A DNA stretch of 32,000 nucleotides from an uncultured Chloroflexia bacterium (GTDB lineage: Bacteria > Chloroflexota > Anaerolineae > Anaerolineales > Anaerolineaceae). A program made the translations under genes and the position numbers. The stretch is taken from contig OY969938.1 of assembly GCA_963704755.1 (NCBI GenBank), forward strand, positions 1,560,001 through 1,592,000. Direction: 5' to 3'. Every line of letters starts with the position of its first letter. The stretch's first letter is position 1. The notes under the pieces are model-generated. The model was given only the letters and a program-made list of their open reading frames with translations, was not told where the DNA came from and ran no database searches. Below are positions 7,801 to 16,712 of the stretch, piece after piece.

Positions 7801-10800
7801 TGCGCCTGTGGTAAAGTTGGCGCTGCTCACCGGGGTAACGATCTGCTGGTAGTCCACGCCGCCCAGGCTGGAATTGGTCCAATCCTGCTGCCACTCGATC
7901 TTGTCGAAGGAAGCGCTGAGCGAAAGATTGCCGATGGATTTACCGTCCCAATCCACGGTCTGAACAGCGTAATCGATCGGGCTGCCGGCAATGGTGGACC
8001 AACTGCTCGGGCGAACGCCGGCATAAAAATTCGCCGGGTGCAGCGTAGCCTGTCCGTGCTGGCTGACCGGCTGGTTGCTTTCATCGGAGATGGTCGCTTC
8101 CAGGGTGAGAGTCGTCGCGCCGGAGGTATCCAGCAAGGTTTTCAATTCGGCGGCCGAAAAAGATAGTTGCAGTTTACCGTCCGCGCCGGTCTTGGCGCTG
8201 GCGCCCTGCAGGTACTTGCCCAAGGGGCTCAGGCCAATGTTGTACCAGTTCGGCTCGAGCCAGGAAGTATCCACCGGCCCGGTGATGTAGCCGCCGGGAA
8301 TATCGAAGTAATAATTCTGGCCATAGAGGGCCCAGTTGATCGGCACATCGCTGGCCGCGCCACCGAAGAAATAATTCGCATCCACTTCCACGGACACATC
8401 TTGTCCGGCCTGATAGTCGGATTGGCCGAAATTAACCTGCAAGTCGATCTCCGGTTTGCGATAGTCAGCCACGATGAACGTAAACTCGTTCTCATAATCG
8501 TTTTCCGGAGCAATACTATACGTACCTGGCCGCGCATCGGCCGGCAGGGTAAATTCTCCCTGGATCGTGCCGTACGGAGAGACCGGCAAAGTCTTGGTAT
8601 CCAGCAGCGGCGTCAGGCCTGTTTCTTCTTCGTAACCGCCGTGGATTTGCAGGGTAAAGTCCTGATCGGTGAAAGGCTGGTAACGCGTATCGTCGTTTTT
8701 GCGCAGCACGCCGCGATAGTACACCGTCTGGCCGGGTTGGTAGATCGGCCGGTCAGTATACAGGTAGATCTTGGTATCCTGCGGGGTGGGGTTGTACGGC
8801 AAACTGAAGTTCCAGGGCGAAATGCCGCTGTTCCACTGGCCGTTCACCACCGTATAGTCCGCATCGCCCGGGGTGCCCAGTACGGCGACCAGGGTCTGGT
8901 AAGGGTCGAGCGCAGCCGGCAAATCGATCGTCGCCAGGCCATCCGAGTCGGTGGTCGCCTGGCCCAGCAAGGTATCCTTGGTATCGTATAGGGCGACCGG
9001 CCGGCCGGCTACAACGCTCTTATTGGCGACATTGGTCGCCCACACCAGGACCTTATCCTGGCTTTGCTTGAGGGTCAACTGCACCGGGCTGACCAGGATG
9101 CGGGTGTTGGTTGCGTTGCTGTCGCCGCCCAGTTGCGGAGAAGTGAACGTGTAGGCGTAAATGCCCGGCTCGAGTCCGCTGCCGTTCGGGTTGAGGTCGA
9201 TCGTGACCGGTGTGGTCTGGTTGGCCGGCAGGCTCAGCGATTGGGTCCAACTGCGGTCGGGGGAGAAAGTTTGCTGGTAAGAGTTTGGATCGAGGGTTTG
9301 CAGATATTGTTCGAGGGTCAAGCGGGTTTGCCGGATGGTCAGCGTGTCCAGGTTGGTCACGTAGCTTTGGATCGAACTGCTGCCCGGTACGGCGTACAGA
9401 TCGGCGCTGCCCGATAGGGAAGGGGTGGTCAGGGCCGGCTGATCGTTGGATGCTCGAAAGGTCTGTTGGTAGTCCTGGCCGAGACTGTCGCCAAACGTAT
9501 CTTTCAGGCCTGCATCGAGGGTGAGCGTGTAATCAGTAGCCGCCAGGAACAGGCCGGAGATGAAGATATTGCCGTGAGGGAAGTCACCGGAAATATTGAG
9601 GTTGGCCGGCTTGGGATCGAAGCGGACCAGTTTACCCAGGTCCTGGGCGTCTGCCAGCGGCGCGGTCAACTGAATGGTAATGAAGCCGTAATCGCTATAG
9701 GTTTGAAAGACCGACCCTGCGGACGGGTTAGTGCTTTGCACCGAAAGCCCGGCGATGGTGTGGTACACCTGGCTGAGGTTTTCGGTCAACAAGCTGCCGG
9801 CCGGGGTGTGGGCCGATCCCATAGACAGTGTGTAATCTGTATCACGGTTCAGGAGCTGTTTGGGCGTCAGCGTGACCTGCGAGTTGTTGGCGTCCCAGGT
9901 ATAGGCGCTACTGACCGGGCTGCCATTCCCATCTAGCAGGGCCAGGTTGCTCTCCACATCGGCCGTATCCATGGGCTGGTTAAAGGTCAGGCTGAAGGCA
10001 GCGTCCAGGTAAATATCCGCATCTGCGGTGGGATCGATGCCGGTCACGGCCGGCAGGGCCGTGCTAAAGCTCCAGTCGAGCGTTTGGCCATCGGCCAGGG
10101 CGGCCCCATCCACGGATAACAGATCCGGGTTGACCGAAACGGTGTACGTCTGGCCACCCGCCAGGGAAGGCTGTGCGCTGAATTCATAGGTACTCGTGTT
10201 GACCCATTTGCCCTGGCCCTTTACTGCCGGGTCGATACTGATAGGCGCCGCCTGGTTGGCGGTGTCATCTCCCAACGCCACCACGGCGCGGTTGAAGGTC
10301 ACCACAATCTTGGAGGCCGGGTCGACATCGGCTGCATTTGGCTCCGGCAGTTGCTGGGTTACCTTCAGGCTGCCGGCAGTTTGAAAAGTATAGGTCAGCG
10401 GGTGCAGCAGGGCCAGGCCCTGGCTGGAGTGCGCGCTGGTTTCCAGAGAGACGGCCACACTCGAACCGGTTGGGAAGGGCTGTTCGGGGATAAACTCTAT
10501 CGTATCGTCACCCTTCCAATCAAACTGGCCCGGGTAGGCCGGATCGAGTTTGATGGCGCCCTCCACGGATGCGTGATCCATAGGCTGATCGAAGGTCAGG
10601 CTGATCCCCCCATCCGGGGTCAGGACGCCTTGCGGCAGCGGGTCCGTTTCGACCACCGTTGGGGCGACCGGCCCGGTTGGCGTGGGCGAACTTGCCGCCG
10701 TTGGAACAACAACCGCTGTGGCAGTTGGTAAAGTTTTGGGGGTGGAAAAAGGTAAGTTGCAGGCAGTACTTACCAGCACGAAAACCACCAGCAGGCTGAT

Positions 10801-10860
10801 CGACGGATGGAACAAGCGACGAGGATGCAGGCGGACGGGACTTGTTGGGGTCGAGTTCAT
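4837..10860 (-). CDS. Bacterial alpha-2-macroglobulin family protein (2007 aa), thioester motif absent, N-terminal signal/lipobox-like sequence and Ig-like domains
   Basis: AGGAG lies 9 nt upstream of the ATG. The N-terminus 'LLVVFVLVSTAC' is signal or lipobox-like. Repeated 'TFDQPMD / TFNRAV / TFNQPMD' modules look like SbsA-type Ig domains. The A2M hallmark 'RQNFEDTAYWNGSFETDASGKATIQFPLPDNLTTWVVTVRG' is present. The TED-like region 'ELQGMDGGWGW' is present, but 'APTEFTEPVFSR' stands where YPYGC-x-EQ is expected. Confidence 0.85.
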   Translation of the reverse strand: MNSTPTSPVRLHPRRLFHPSISLLVVFVLVSTACNLPFSTPKTLPTATAVVVPTAASSPTPTGPVAPTVVETDPLPQGVLTPDGGISLTFDQPMDHASVEGAIKLDPAYPGQFDWKGDDTIEFIPEQPFPTGSSVAVSLETSAHSSQGLALLHPLTYTFQTAGSLKVTQQLPEPNAADVDPASKIVVTFNRAVVALGDDTANQAAPISIDPAVKGQGKWVNTSTYEFSAQPSLAGGQTYTVSVNPDLLSVDGAALADGQTLDWSFSTALPAVTGIDPTADADIYLDAAFSLTFNQPMDTADVESNLALLDGNGSPVSSAYTWDANNSQVTLTPKQLLNRDTDYTLSMGSAHTPAGSLLTENLSQVYHTIAGLSVQSTNPSAGSVFQTYSDYGFITIQLTAPLADAQDLGKLVRFDPKPANLNISGDFPHGNIFISGLFLAATDYTLTLDAGLKDTFGDSLGQDYQQTFRASNDQPALTTPSLSGSADLYAVPGSSSIQSYVTNLDTLTIRQTRLTLEQYLQTLDPNSYQQTFSPDRSWTQSLSLPANQTTPVTIDLNPNGSGLEPGIYAYTFTSPQLGGDSNATNTRILVSPVQLTLKQSQDKVLVWATNVANKSVVAGRPVALYDTKDTLLGQATTDSDGLATIDLPAALDPYQTLVAVLGTPGDADYTVVNGQWNSGISPWNFSLPYNPTPQDTKIYLYTDRPIYQPGQTVYYRGVLRKNDDTRYQPFTDQDFTLQIHGGYEEETGLTPLLDTKTLPVSPYGTIQGEFTLPADARPGTYSIAPENDYENEFTFIVADYRKPEIDLQVNFGQSDYQAGQDVSVEVDANYFFGGAASDVPINWALYGQNYYFDIPGGYITGPVDTSWLEPNWYNIGLSPLGKYLQGASAKTGADGKLQLSFSAAELKTLLDTSGATTLTLEATISDESNQPVSQHGQATLHPANFYAGVRPSSWSTIAGSPIDYAVQTVDWDGKSIGNLSLSASFDKIEWQQDWTNSSLGGVDYQQIVTPVSSANFTTGADGRANLEFTPPDPGIYRLQISGNGALTQDLLWVSGPGSAPWPALPDQHLELEADQQQYQVGQTAQIFLPNPFSGSALALVTIERGEVLRSQVITISGSNYPLAVPIQNEDAPNVFVSVTLLGMSDAGTPDFRQGYVELNVDPSFLELQVSVTPASDPMQPGQNASFDIQVKDPLGNPVQGEFSFAAVDKAIYALADDNAKDIRDAFYGEQSLSVSTSTSLAASIGRLVAQPPGLGGGGGGGAPIVTSPGLRQNFEDTAYWNGSFETDASGKATIQFPLPDNLTTWVVTVRGLTRDALVGQAKTELTVTKSLIVRPVAPQFLVAGDRVQLGAVVNNNSANPLSVTVGIQAAGVQLEDSSQATQVVQVAASGRQRVNWWVDVSGADSASLVFSATAGSLSDSSTPTQGDIPILSYASPQSFGTSGVLTDAGDYTEIVSLPRSYTPTGGKLDIEMSPSLAGAILSGLDTLDSAPTEFTEPVFSRLQANLSAYDLVNQVPLQSPDLETRLQAAIRNDLDRMTELQGMDGGWGWSTSAKSDLYLTSYALVVVARASADGFFIDSTMMSNAISAVQADLVTPDTSSDAAQLDQLAFAYYALDQVNAGQDLPQALVDLRSKLDPWGQALLALTLHDSQPDVSKTILSDLSSSAIRSATGAHWQNQESDQQNFSTPLSNTAMVVYAMAEIDPAAPEMADAVRYVMASRQENGGWDSSLDTGWILGALTKAVLATGELQADFDYSASLNGQVLANGQAQGVNSLNPVQASVPLAQLAQSGNTLDFQRAAGNGRLYYQAYLQVGQPVESIQPLDRGLTISREYALASPDCSGEDCPAVSSVSLSDKNPVVNVRLTVTVPEDMYYLVVEDNIPAGTEIVNTQLNTAQVGTGDTATPQYDPEQPLGDGWGWWYFNDPGIYSDHIRWVASYVPAGTYVLTYRLTPDQAGQFHVLPARAYQYYFPDVEGRSAGAMFEVKQRMGNSNNSNKECGPGPHSLFE
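4839..4883 (-). terminator. 45-nt perfect palindrome overlapping the last 15 codons and stop of the A2M-like gene
   Basis: actcaaataaagagtgcgggcc-a-ggcccgcactctttatttgagt. The TAG stop is at 4837-4839. Confidence 0.55.
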
Positions 10861-11316
10861 ACCAAAATGCTCCTGTAACCGTTTTTAAAATGGACGCTCT
10901 GCCGGGTAGAATGGTTCCCCTCGGCTACCATTCCATCCGTATGCAGAGCGTCATCCTGCCGGAAATGCAGGATATTATCATTGACAATTTGAAAATAACT
11001 CAGGCTCACATGCAAGCAGCCTCAAACAAGAACCAATTCTTCAGATAATTCGAGGAACTGACCCGGCTCTACAGACCGGCCAGTTTTAGAACCGGGCCAA
11101 AACTGGCGTTCGATGGAATGGAAAAAACTAAAGAACTCAATTGGCCAGGTTATAATATCTACAGGACAATTTAATTATAGCGATTTTTACCTGGGGCAGG
11201 ACAGGGAGTTTGGTAAGGATTAAGCCATCATCCACTCATCGATTTATTGAGAACAATTTGAATCCACTTTACTTTAGTTATATGAACAATTGTTTTGACG
11301 AACTGCGTTCACCTGC

Positions 11317-12204
11317 TTATGGTTTTGGCGAGCCGACGAACCTACGAAGCGTTAATCTAGCAGAAAGTAATGCAAATATCAGTTTAACCCCCATGACCCC
11401 ATAAAAAAGCCAATTAAAGAAAAACGGATAATCCCTTGCTAAATTTTTACGATAATACAGAAAATACGATTTGTGCCAAGTAATGATGGATTTTGATAGC
11501 TGCACTTGTGATCCGCCTTGCCCGCCAAAATGGATAATTTGAGCGGTCGGCACATAATAAATCTCCCATTCCGCACGCCGTGCTCGAAAACAGAAATCCG
11601 AATCCTCTTGATAGGCATAGAACATTTCGTCTAAAAATCCAATTTGTTCAATCACTTCACGACGAATTACCATGCAAGAGCCAGAAACTGCTTCCACAGG
11701 GTGAATTTCATTCTCTTCAAAGTAACCTTTAAGATAGCCGTTAAAAAATTTGCTGCTTGGGTTTAATCGCCTGAGTGCAAGAAAATAGGCTATGGTATCC
11801 CAAGGACGCGCCTCACTCCTTCGACATTGTTTTTGCAGAGTACCATCTCTATTCAATACTTTGGGTGTAACTATCCCAACTTTTGGATGACTACCCAAAA
11901 ATGTAACCAATGTATCAAAAGTTCCTGGCAAAACCAGCGTATCCGGGTTGAGCTGTACAAGATATTCGCCGCTTGCTTCTTTTAATGCCTGGTTCATTGG
12001 AGCGGTATATCCGAGGTTCTTTATGTTAAGGATCAATTTAACCCAAGGAAAGTCTCGTGTGATCATTTCAGATGTTCCATCTTCTGAATGATTATCTACC
12101 ACAATAATTTCATAAGGTTGACCAGGAGCGTTTTCGCGCAACGATAGAAGACAATCACGCAATATTTCACAAGTGTTATACGATACAATGCAAAATGAAA
12201 TCAT
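11317..12204 (-). CDS. Glycosyltransferase family 2
   Basis: 'MISFCIVSYNTCEILRDCLLSLRENAPGQPYEIIVVDNHSEDGT' followed by '...YAYQEDSDFCFRARRAEWEIYYVP' is the typical GT-A/GT2 pattern. Low-GC gene. Confidence 0.85.
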   Translation of the reverse strand: MISFCIVSYNTCEILRDCLLSLRENAPGQPYEIIVVDNHSEDGTSEMITRDFPWVKLILNIKNLGYTAPMNQALKEASGEYLVQLNPDTLVLPGTFDTLVTFLGSHPKVGIVTPKVLNRDGTLQKQCRRSEARPWDTIAYFLALRRLNPSSKFFNGYLKGYFEENEIHPVEAVSGSCMVIRREVIEQIGFLDEMFYAYQEDSDFCFRARRAEWEIYYVPTAQIIHFGGQGGSQVQLSKSIITWHKSYFLYYRKNLARDYPFFFNWLFYGVMGVKLIFALLSARLTLRRFVGSPKP

Positions 12205-12254
12205 CGGCGGCGCCTTAATCGTTCTCTATAAACTGGCTACACCAGGATTTTGGG

Positions 12255-13583
12255 TTATGCACTTAATGATTCTCGACGGGGAGTTTTACGATATGGTATA
12301 AGAGGGGATAACCACCTACGAATAAAAACCCAGACCTGTTGAAGAAGAATTTTTATACCGCGATGGCGCAACGAGTAAAACGCCATTTCACGTAGCGTAG
12401 GATGAATTTCCCAAGCCGAATAATCTACATTCAGGTCGGCATCCGGCAGCTGAAACGCATCCTTTATTTCAAGAGGATCTTCAAAAAGATTCCCATTTCC
12501 CACAAGACAACCAATTTTATTAAATGTATTGACTAACTGCCTGGCACGAACAAAAGGATGGTATTGTTCGATCACATCCATGTATACTTTTTGCCCTATA
12601 CTATTTCGTAATTCTGGAACCTGGATTAATTGCTCTAAAGTTTCCTCCCATTCATCTACATTCTCCGCCAACATCCCATTAACACCAGGTTGAATAGCTT
12701 GCATAAAAGCCTGCGTTGGACTGGCTACAGTTGGAACTCGAACCAGGCCAGCCTCCATCCATTTGATCTCGCTTTTCGATTGGGAAAACGGATTATTAGT
12801 GACCAAAGGAGCCAGGTTGATATCGAAATTTGTTAATAGTCCCGGAAGTTCACGCCACGGAACTAATGGAAATCTATGGATTCGTGTTTCCAATTCCTCC
12901 CATCCAGTTCCGGGATTTAATGATCCTAACAAATGTAATTCCACATTAGGATAATGCTTCATGATTTTCAAAATGGCTGGCTTTACAACCTCAAAATCTT
13001 TGTCATGAGTTGGTGTGCCACTCGCATAACCTAAAACAACCCTTTCCGACGAGGATGGCGTAACTTTCCAGACACATTCAGCTTGCTGCAGCATCTCTAG
13101 GGAAAAAGCATTTCTATGCACAAAGGCCGGTTTCCCTGTTTTTTGCACCCGATCAGCAAGAAACTCTGTAGAGGCGATCACCGCCTGGCTATAAACCAAC
13201 ATCTGGCGATACCGTTGCATTTCATCTTGATACAATCGCACTCGAATTGGATCCTGAAAGTCTGGGCTGTTAATCCACTGAAACGCAGACGGTTCGAAAA
13301 CCAGATCATCCACATCGACCAGAATCAAGCCATCCTGGGCAATGATTTGATCGACTAATCTTCTGACAAATCGGTCCAGGGGCGTCCGGTGAAAAATAAC
13401 CAGGTCAGATTGGGCTATTTGATTAAGTAGTAATGGATTAGCAAGAAAAGTATTATCTACACGAATTCTAATTAACTTGAGTTGTTCAAATGGATGAATT
13501 GTCCTGTAACGACGCGTATCACCACGAACCCCACTTATGTATAGAACCCTGTAATCACTTTGCGTTTGTCTAATATTTTCCAT
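12255..13583 (-). CDS. GT-B fold glycosyltransferase (group 1 / GT4-like)
   Basis: 442-aa ORF. The C-terminal half 'VVLGYASGTPTHDKDF...VELHLLGS...FDINLAPLV...SKSEIKWMEAGLVRVPTVASPTQAF...GVNGMLA' resembles the E-x7-E region of GT4 enzymes. Low-GC gene. Confidence 0.62.
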   Translation of the reverse strand: MENIRQTQSDYRVLYISGVRGDTRRYRTIHPFEQLKLIRIRVDNTFLANPLLLNQIAQSDLVIFHRTPLDRFVRRLVDQIIAQDGLILVDVDDLVFEPSAFQWINSPDFQDPIRVRLYQDEMQRYRQMLVYSQAVIASTEFLADRVQKTGKPAFVHRNAFSLEMLQQAECVWKVTPSSSERVVLGYASGTPTHDKDFEVVKPAILKIMKHYPNVELHLLGSLNPGTGWEELETRIHRFPLVPWRELPGLLTNFDINLAPLVTNNPFSQSKSEIKWMEAGLVRVPTVASPTQAFMQAIQPGVNGMLAENVDEWEETLEQLIQVPELRNSIGQKVYMDVIEQYHPFVRARQLVNTFNKIGCLVGNGNLFEDPLEIKDAFQLPDADLNVDYSAWEIHPTLREMAFYSLRHRGIKILLQQVWVFIRRWLSPLIPYRKTPRRESLSA

Positions 13584-13752
13584 TTACTCACCGAAATAAT
13601 TATAATTCCCTAAGGGCAAACTCTTAATAATCCACACCATTAATTGTTCAGGCTATTGCGTAAAAGCCCCGTAACCCTCTCAACCAGAAGAACTACATAA
13701 TAAGGGCCCGAGTAATTACCAGGGGCTTTTCCAAAGCCCAAACGAGTAATTT

Positions 13753-15582
13753 CTACGACCAGCGCATGATCTTTTCTAATCGTGCAAGAGGATTTTCTTC
13801 ACCTGACCGGCGTAAAGTGGGCGTTCGAACTGCAAGAGACAGGTTAGCATTGAAATAAGGATCGCCATTTTGCACAACTTTCCGAAATCGACGACCGGCA
13901 ACCTGAATGTCTTCTTTCGGAATAAAATTCGCCCGGGATTTCCCTTCATAATGAATCAAACGGGCGAAGGGATTGTACAACACCCGATAACCATGTTCAA
14001 CCGCGCGCATACATAGTTCTACATCGCCGAAAGCTAATTTATAGTCAACATCAAAACCACCTAAAGTATAAAAAAGTTCACGACGCATGGCCATACAGGC
14101 TCCAGTGACCGCATAATAATTTCGATACCATTCAGTCGATCCAAAAATGCCACTCGCACATTCAGGGTCTCCCCCAAAAACATGGCTTGCGTGCCCTTCC
14201 ATCCCCATAACAATGCCTGCATGCTGAATTTTTCTATCTGGGTAAAGTAATTTGGCTCCAACGATGCCAATCTCAGGTTTACTGGCCCATTGAGCCAATT
14301 CGAAAAGCCAGTTTTCATCGATGATTTTGACATCATTATTAAGAAAAACCAAGACCGCGCCTTGGCTCAATTCAGCACCCCAATTATTAATGTACGAATA
14401 ATTAAATGGCCTTGCGTCCTCATACAGGCGAATATTGGTGTATTTCTTCAGACCTTCATAATAAAGGAATGTCTCTTTTCTAATGCTGCCCGTGTCTAGA
14501 AGGACGATCTCGAAATTCGAATATCGCGTTCGTTCCAGTATTGAAGAAATACACTGGTCTAAGCATTCTAAATTGTCACGGGTTGGGATAATTATGGAAG
14601 CAGGCAGTGAATCCGTCGAAAAGGTAATATGAACTTCACCATTTTCGGCAAGTCCAACTTCAGCACCAGTCTCACCAATTCTTAATAAATGATCACGGAT
14701 GCTTATCAGTCTTTGGTTATTCTCAACCTCACGCTCATTCTTTTCTGCCATTTGGGAATGGTATAGGATTTGCGAAATATGAACGATTACACTCGCATTT
14801 TCAATTCCGGTAAAGACCAAATCGTCCACGCCCGGATATTCCTCAGAAATATCCTTTTGGCTTAAGTTGTGAAGGAGTTTTCGTTTAAAAAAAGCGTTCT
14901 TCAGATAATTCACAGACAATAACAACTCGGGAGAAAAATCCGGTTTCAGCCACGGCGAAACCGAGTTGTTGGATAAATCAAGAATGTCTTCATCACAATA
15001 AACAACATCTGCATTCTGCTCATTCGCAACGATACGAAACAGGTCAGGGGAAAACGAATCTCCGGCGCGAGAAAAAAGCACCCAATCTTCACCTCCCCCA
15101 TGTTGCGCTAAAGCAGAAGGTAATTCGGAAAAAAAACGGATACGTTTATCTTGTGCTATGTCCACCGGTAATGAATTTTCTTGCTCGCTGATAATTAACG
15201 CTTCCCAATTAGAATAATTCTGGCCATTTATAGACCGCAGAGTTGAAATAATCGGCTTGACCTGATCACTAATGATCACAATATTTATTACTGCAGATTG
15301 TGAGGCCTCAACTAATTCAATTTTCCGCGACTTATTTGCCCAATTACACTGGGACCGACGCAGCCAACGAGAATAAGAATAAAGGCCATGTTGATCTTGA
15401 TACTGGATCCACCGTTTATAGAAACTGTTGTAGATTTTCCAGGGGATTGCCTGGAACTTAAATTCCCTGCTGCGTTTAATCAATCGTCGGATTGAAGATT
15501 CTCTTTGGTAAAAATGGGCTTTTTTTGAACTCATGGTTTTCTTTTGCTGATATTTCCCTTTTCGAGAAAAGACTATACCCAA
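13753..15582 (-). CDS. Large glycosyltransferase family 2 protein (degenerate N-terminal GT-A-like module plus canonical C-terminal GT2 domain)
   Basis: 'ASIIIPTRDNLECLDQCISSILERTRYSNFEIVLLDTGS...VLVFLNNDVKIIDENW...VGAKLLYPDRKIQHAGIVMG...VTGACMAMRRELF...FGDVELCMRA'. An upstream module 'INIVIISDQVKPIISTLRSINGQNYSNWEALII' is also GT-A-like. The start is uncertain: TTG at 15582 or ATG at 15534, neither with a clear SD. Confidence 0.8.
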   Translation of the reverse strand: MGIVFSRKGKYQQKKTMSSKKAHFYQRESSIRRLIKRSREFKFQAIPWKIYNSFYKRWIQYQDQHGLYSYSRWLRRSQCNWANKSRKIELVEASQSAVINIVIISDQVKPIISTLRSINGQNYSNWEALIISEQENSLPVDIAQDKRIRFFSELPSALAQHGGGEDWVLFSRAGDSFSPDLFRIVANEQNADVVYCDEDILDLSNNSVSPWLKPDFSPELLLSVNYLKNAFFKRKLLHNLSQKDISEEYPGVDDLVFTGIENASVIVHISQILYHSQMAEKNEREVENNQRLISIRDHLLRIGETGAEVGLAENGEVHITFSTDSLPASIIIPTRDNLECLDQCISSILERTRYSNFEIVLLDTGSIRKETFLYYEGLKKYTNIRLYEDARPFNYSYINNWGAELSQGAVLVFLNNDVKIIDENWLFELAQWASKPEIGIVGAKLLYPDRKIQHAGIVMGMEGHASHVFGGDPECASGIFGSTEWYRNYYAVTGACMAMRRELFYTLGGFDVDYKLAFGDVELCMRAVEHGYRVLYNPFARLIHYEGKSRANFIPKEDIQVAGRRFRKVVQNGDPYFNANLSLAVRTPTLRRSGEENPLARLEKIMRWS

Positions 15583-15758
15583 TCAATGGAATTATTTTAA
15601 GGATGACCTCAATCTATGCAATTATAAAGGCATTACATAAACGGATTGCGGGGCTTTGGTCAGCCACTACAATGTGGCTTGTAAAATATTCGAGGACTTT
15701 TTAACAGGAGCCCAAGTAGTTGCCTCAATTTTTATTCCTGCATAACAATGCAAGCAAA

Positions 15759-16712
15759 CTATTTTCCACCTGTTAGCGACAAGATCTGGAAATCATCAAA
15801 TTGAACATGCGAATAATCTCCCACCTGTATGTTGAAAAAGCCGCTCGTATACCGCGTGTCGTCTGTGTTGATCACGACGTAGTCATCGACTGTAACTTTA
15901 ATTTCCGATCCGCGGGCATCGATTTGAACCTGGTGCCAGTCGTCAGTGGATAATGGATACGCACGGGTTGTGATGCTTGTCCAGTTATAGCCAGTATCCG
16001 TATAGTACAGGCTGACGTTGTCCATCTGAATCGAAACCACATATTTTTGACTTCCGTCCTCAGTTCGCCTGAACTCCACCACTGTCCAACCTGTACCTGA
16101 ATCCAGCATTCTCATCCGAAATCTGAAACTGAAATCACTGGATCGCGGAGTTGAAAAATCTATACTAGGAAAGCCCTTTTGTTGGGAGTTGTCCATGTCA
16201 TAGATGGAATTACCGGTCTCGTCGGGCACAATTTGCCAATCGCCGTAGATATAGCCGGCTTTCTGAAATTTACCATCTTCGAAATCCTCGGACAGCAAGA
16301 CCGGAAGCTCACTGGCCGTAGCAGTGGCCGGCATCGTTTCCATTGGCGTAGCCGGTAATGCGGTCGGCGAAGCCACAGGTGTGCCGGTTTCGGTTGACTG
16401 AAGTCCTGTTGCCATCTTTCCGGATGAATTGCCCGTTCCTGGGCGATAAATGTCCAGGAAGAACACAAATATCAAAATGGCCAGCGCTTCCAGGGCAATT
16501 ACCCCCACCAACTTCCAGTTTATTGGGCGATTCTTATTTGATCGAGATTCGGGCGAAAAACGGCCTGTGGTTTCCGGGTCACGTATGCCTCCTTGCGCTT
16601 CACCGGTAGACAGGCCACCCTGGCCGGATTTCAGGCGGCAAGATCCGATCGAGAATATCTTGCCAATCTGGTCTCCCGGTCGAGCATATAAATGCCTCCA
16701 CCCAGCCCGCAT
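15759..16712 (-). CDS. Single-pass membrane protein with C-terminal concanavalin/LamG-like (DUF1080-type) domain; probably the 3' part of a frameshifted gene
   Basis: The TM helix is 'LVGVIALEALAILIFVFFL', followed by a Thr/Pro/Ala linker. The domain 'LLSEDFEDGKF...GDWQIVPDETG...DFSFRFRMRM...WHQVQIDARGSEIKVTVDDYVV...FDDFQI' follows. The first ~40 codons overlap ORF 16600..16941 and look non-native. Confidence 0.55.
   Translation of the reverse strand: MRAGWRHLYARPGDQIGKIFSIGSCRLKSGQGGLSTGEAQGGIRDPETTGRFSPESRSNKNRPINWKLVGVIALEALAILIFVFFLDIYRPGTGNSSGKMATGLQSTETGTPVASPTALPATPMETMPATATASELPVLLSEDFEDGKFQKAGYIYGDWQIVPDETGNSIYDMDNSQQKGFPSIDFSTPRSSDFSFRFRMRMLDSGTGWTVVEFRRTEDGSQKYVVSIQMDNVSLYYTDTGYNWTSITTRAYPLSTDDWHQVQIDARGSEIKVTVDDYVVINTDDTRYTSGFFNIQVGDYSHVQFDDFQILSLTGGK

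Noticed and set aside
10842-11048. 68-aa ORF (or a 52-aa version from ATG 10890) upstream of the A2M gene
   Set aside because: It has no SD, overlaps the A2M start codon and contains the 10893-10952 stem structure. A small protein cannot be excluded but has no support.
16582-16594. AAGGAGG (minus strand, 16588-16594) followed 5 nt later by GTG at 16582, looking like a restart site for the TM / lectin gene
   Set aside because: That GTG is in the third frame and opens only a 20-codon ORF. It is in frame with neither the HTH ORF nor the TM / lectin ORF.
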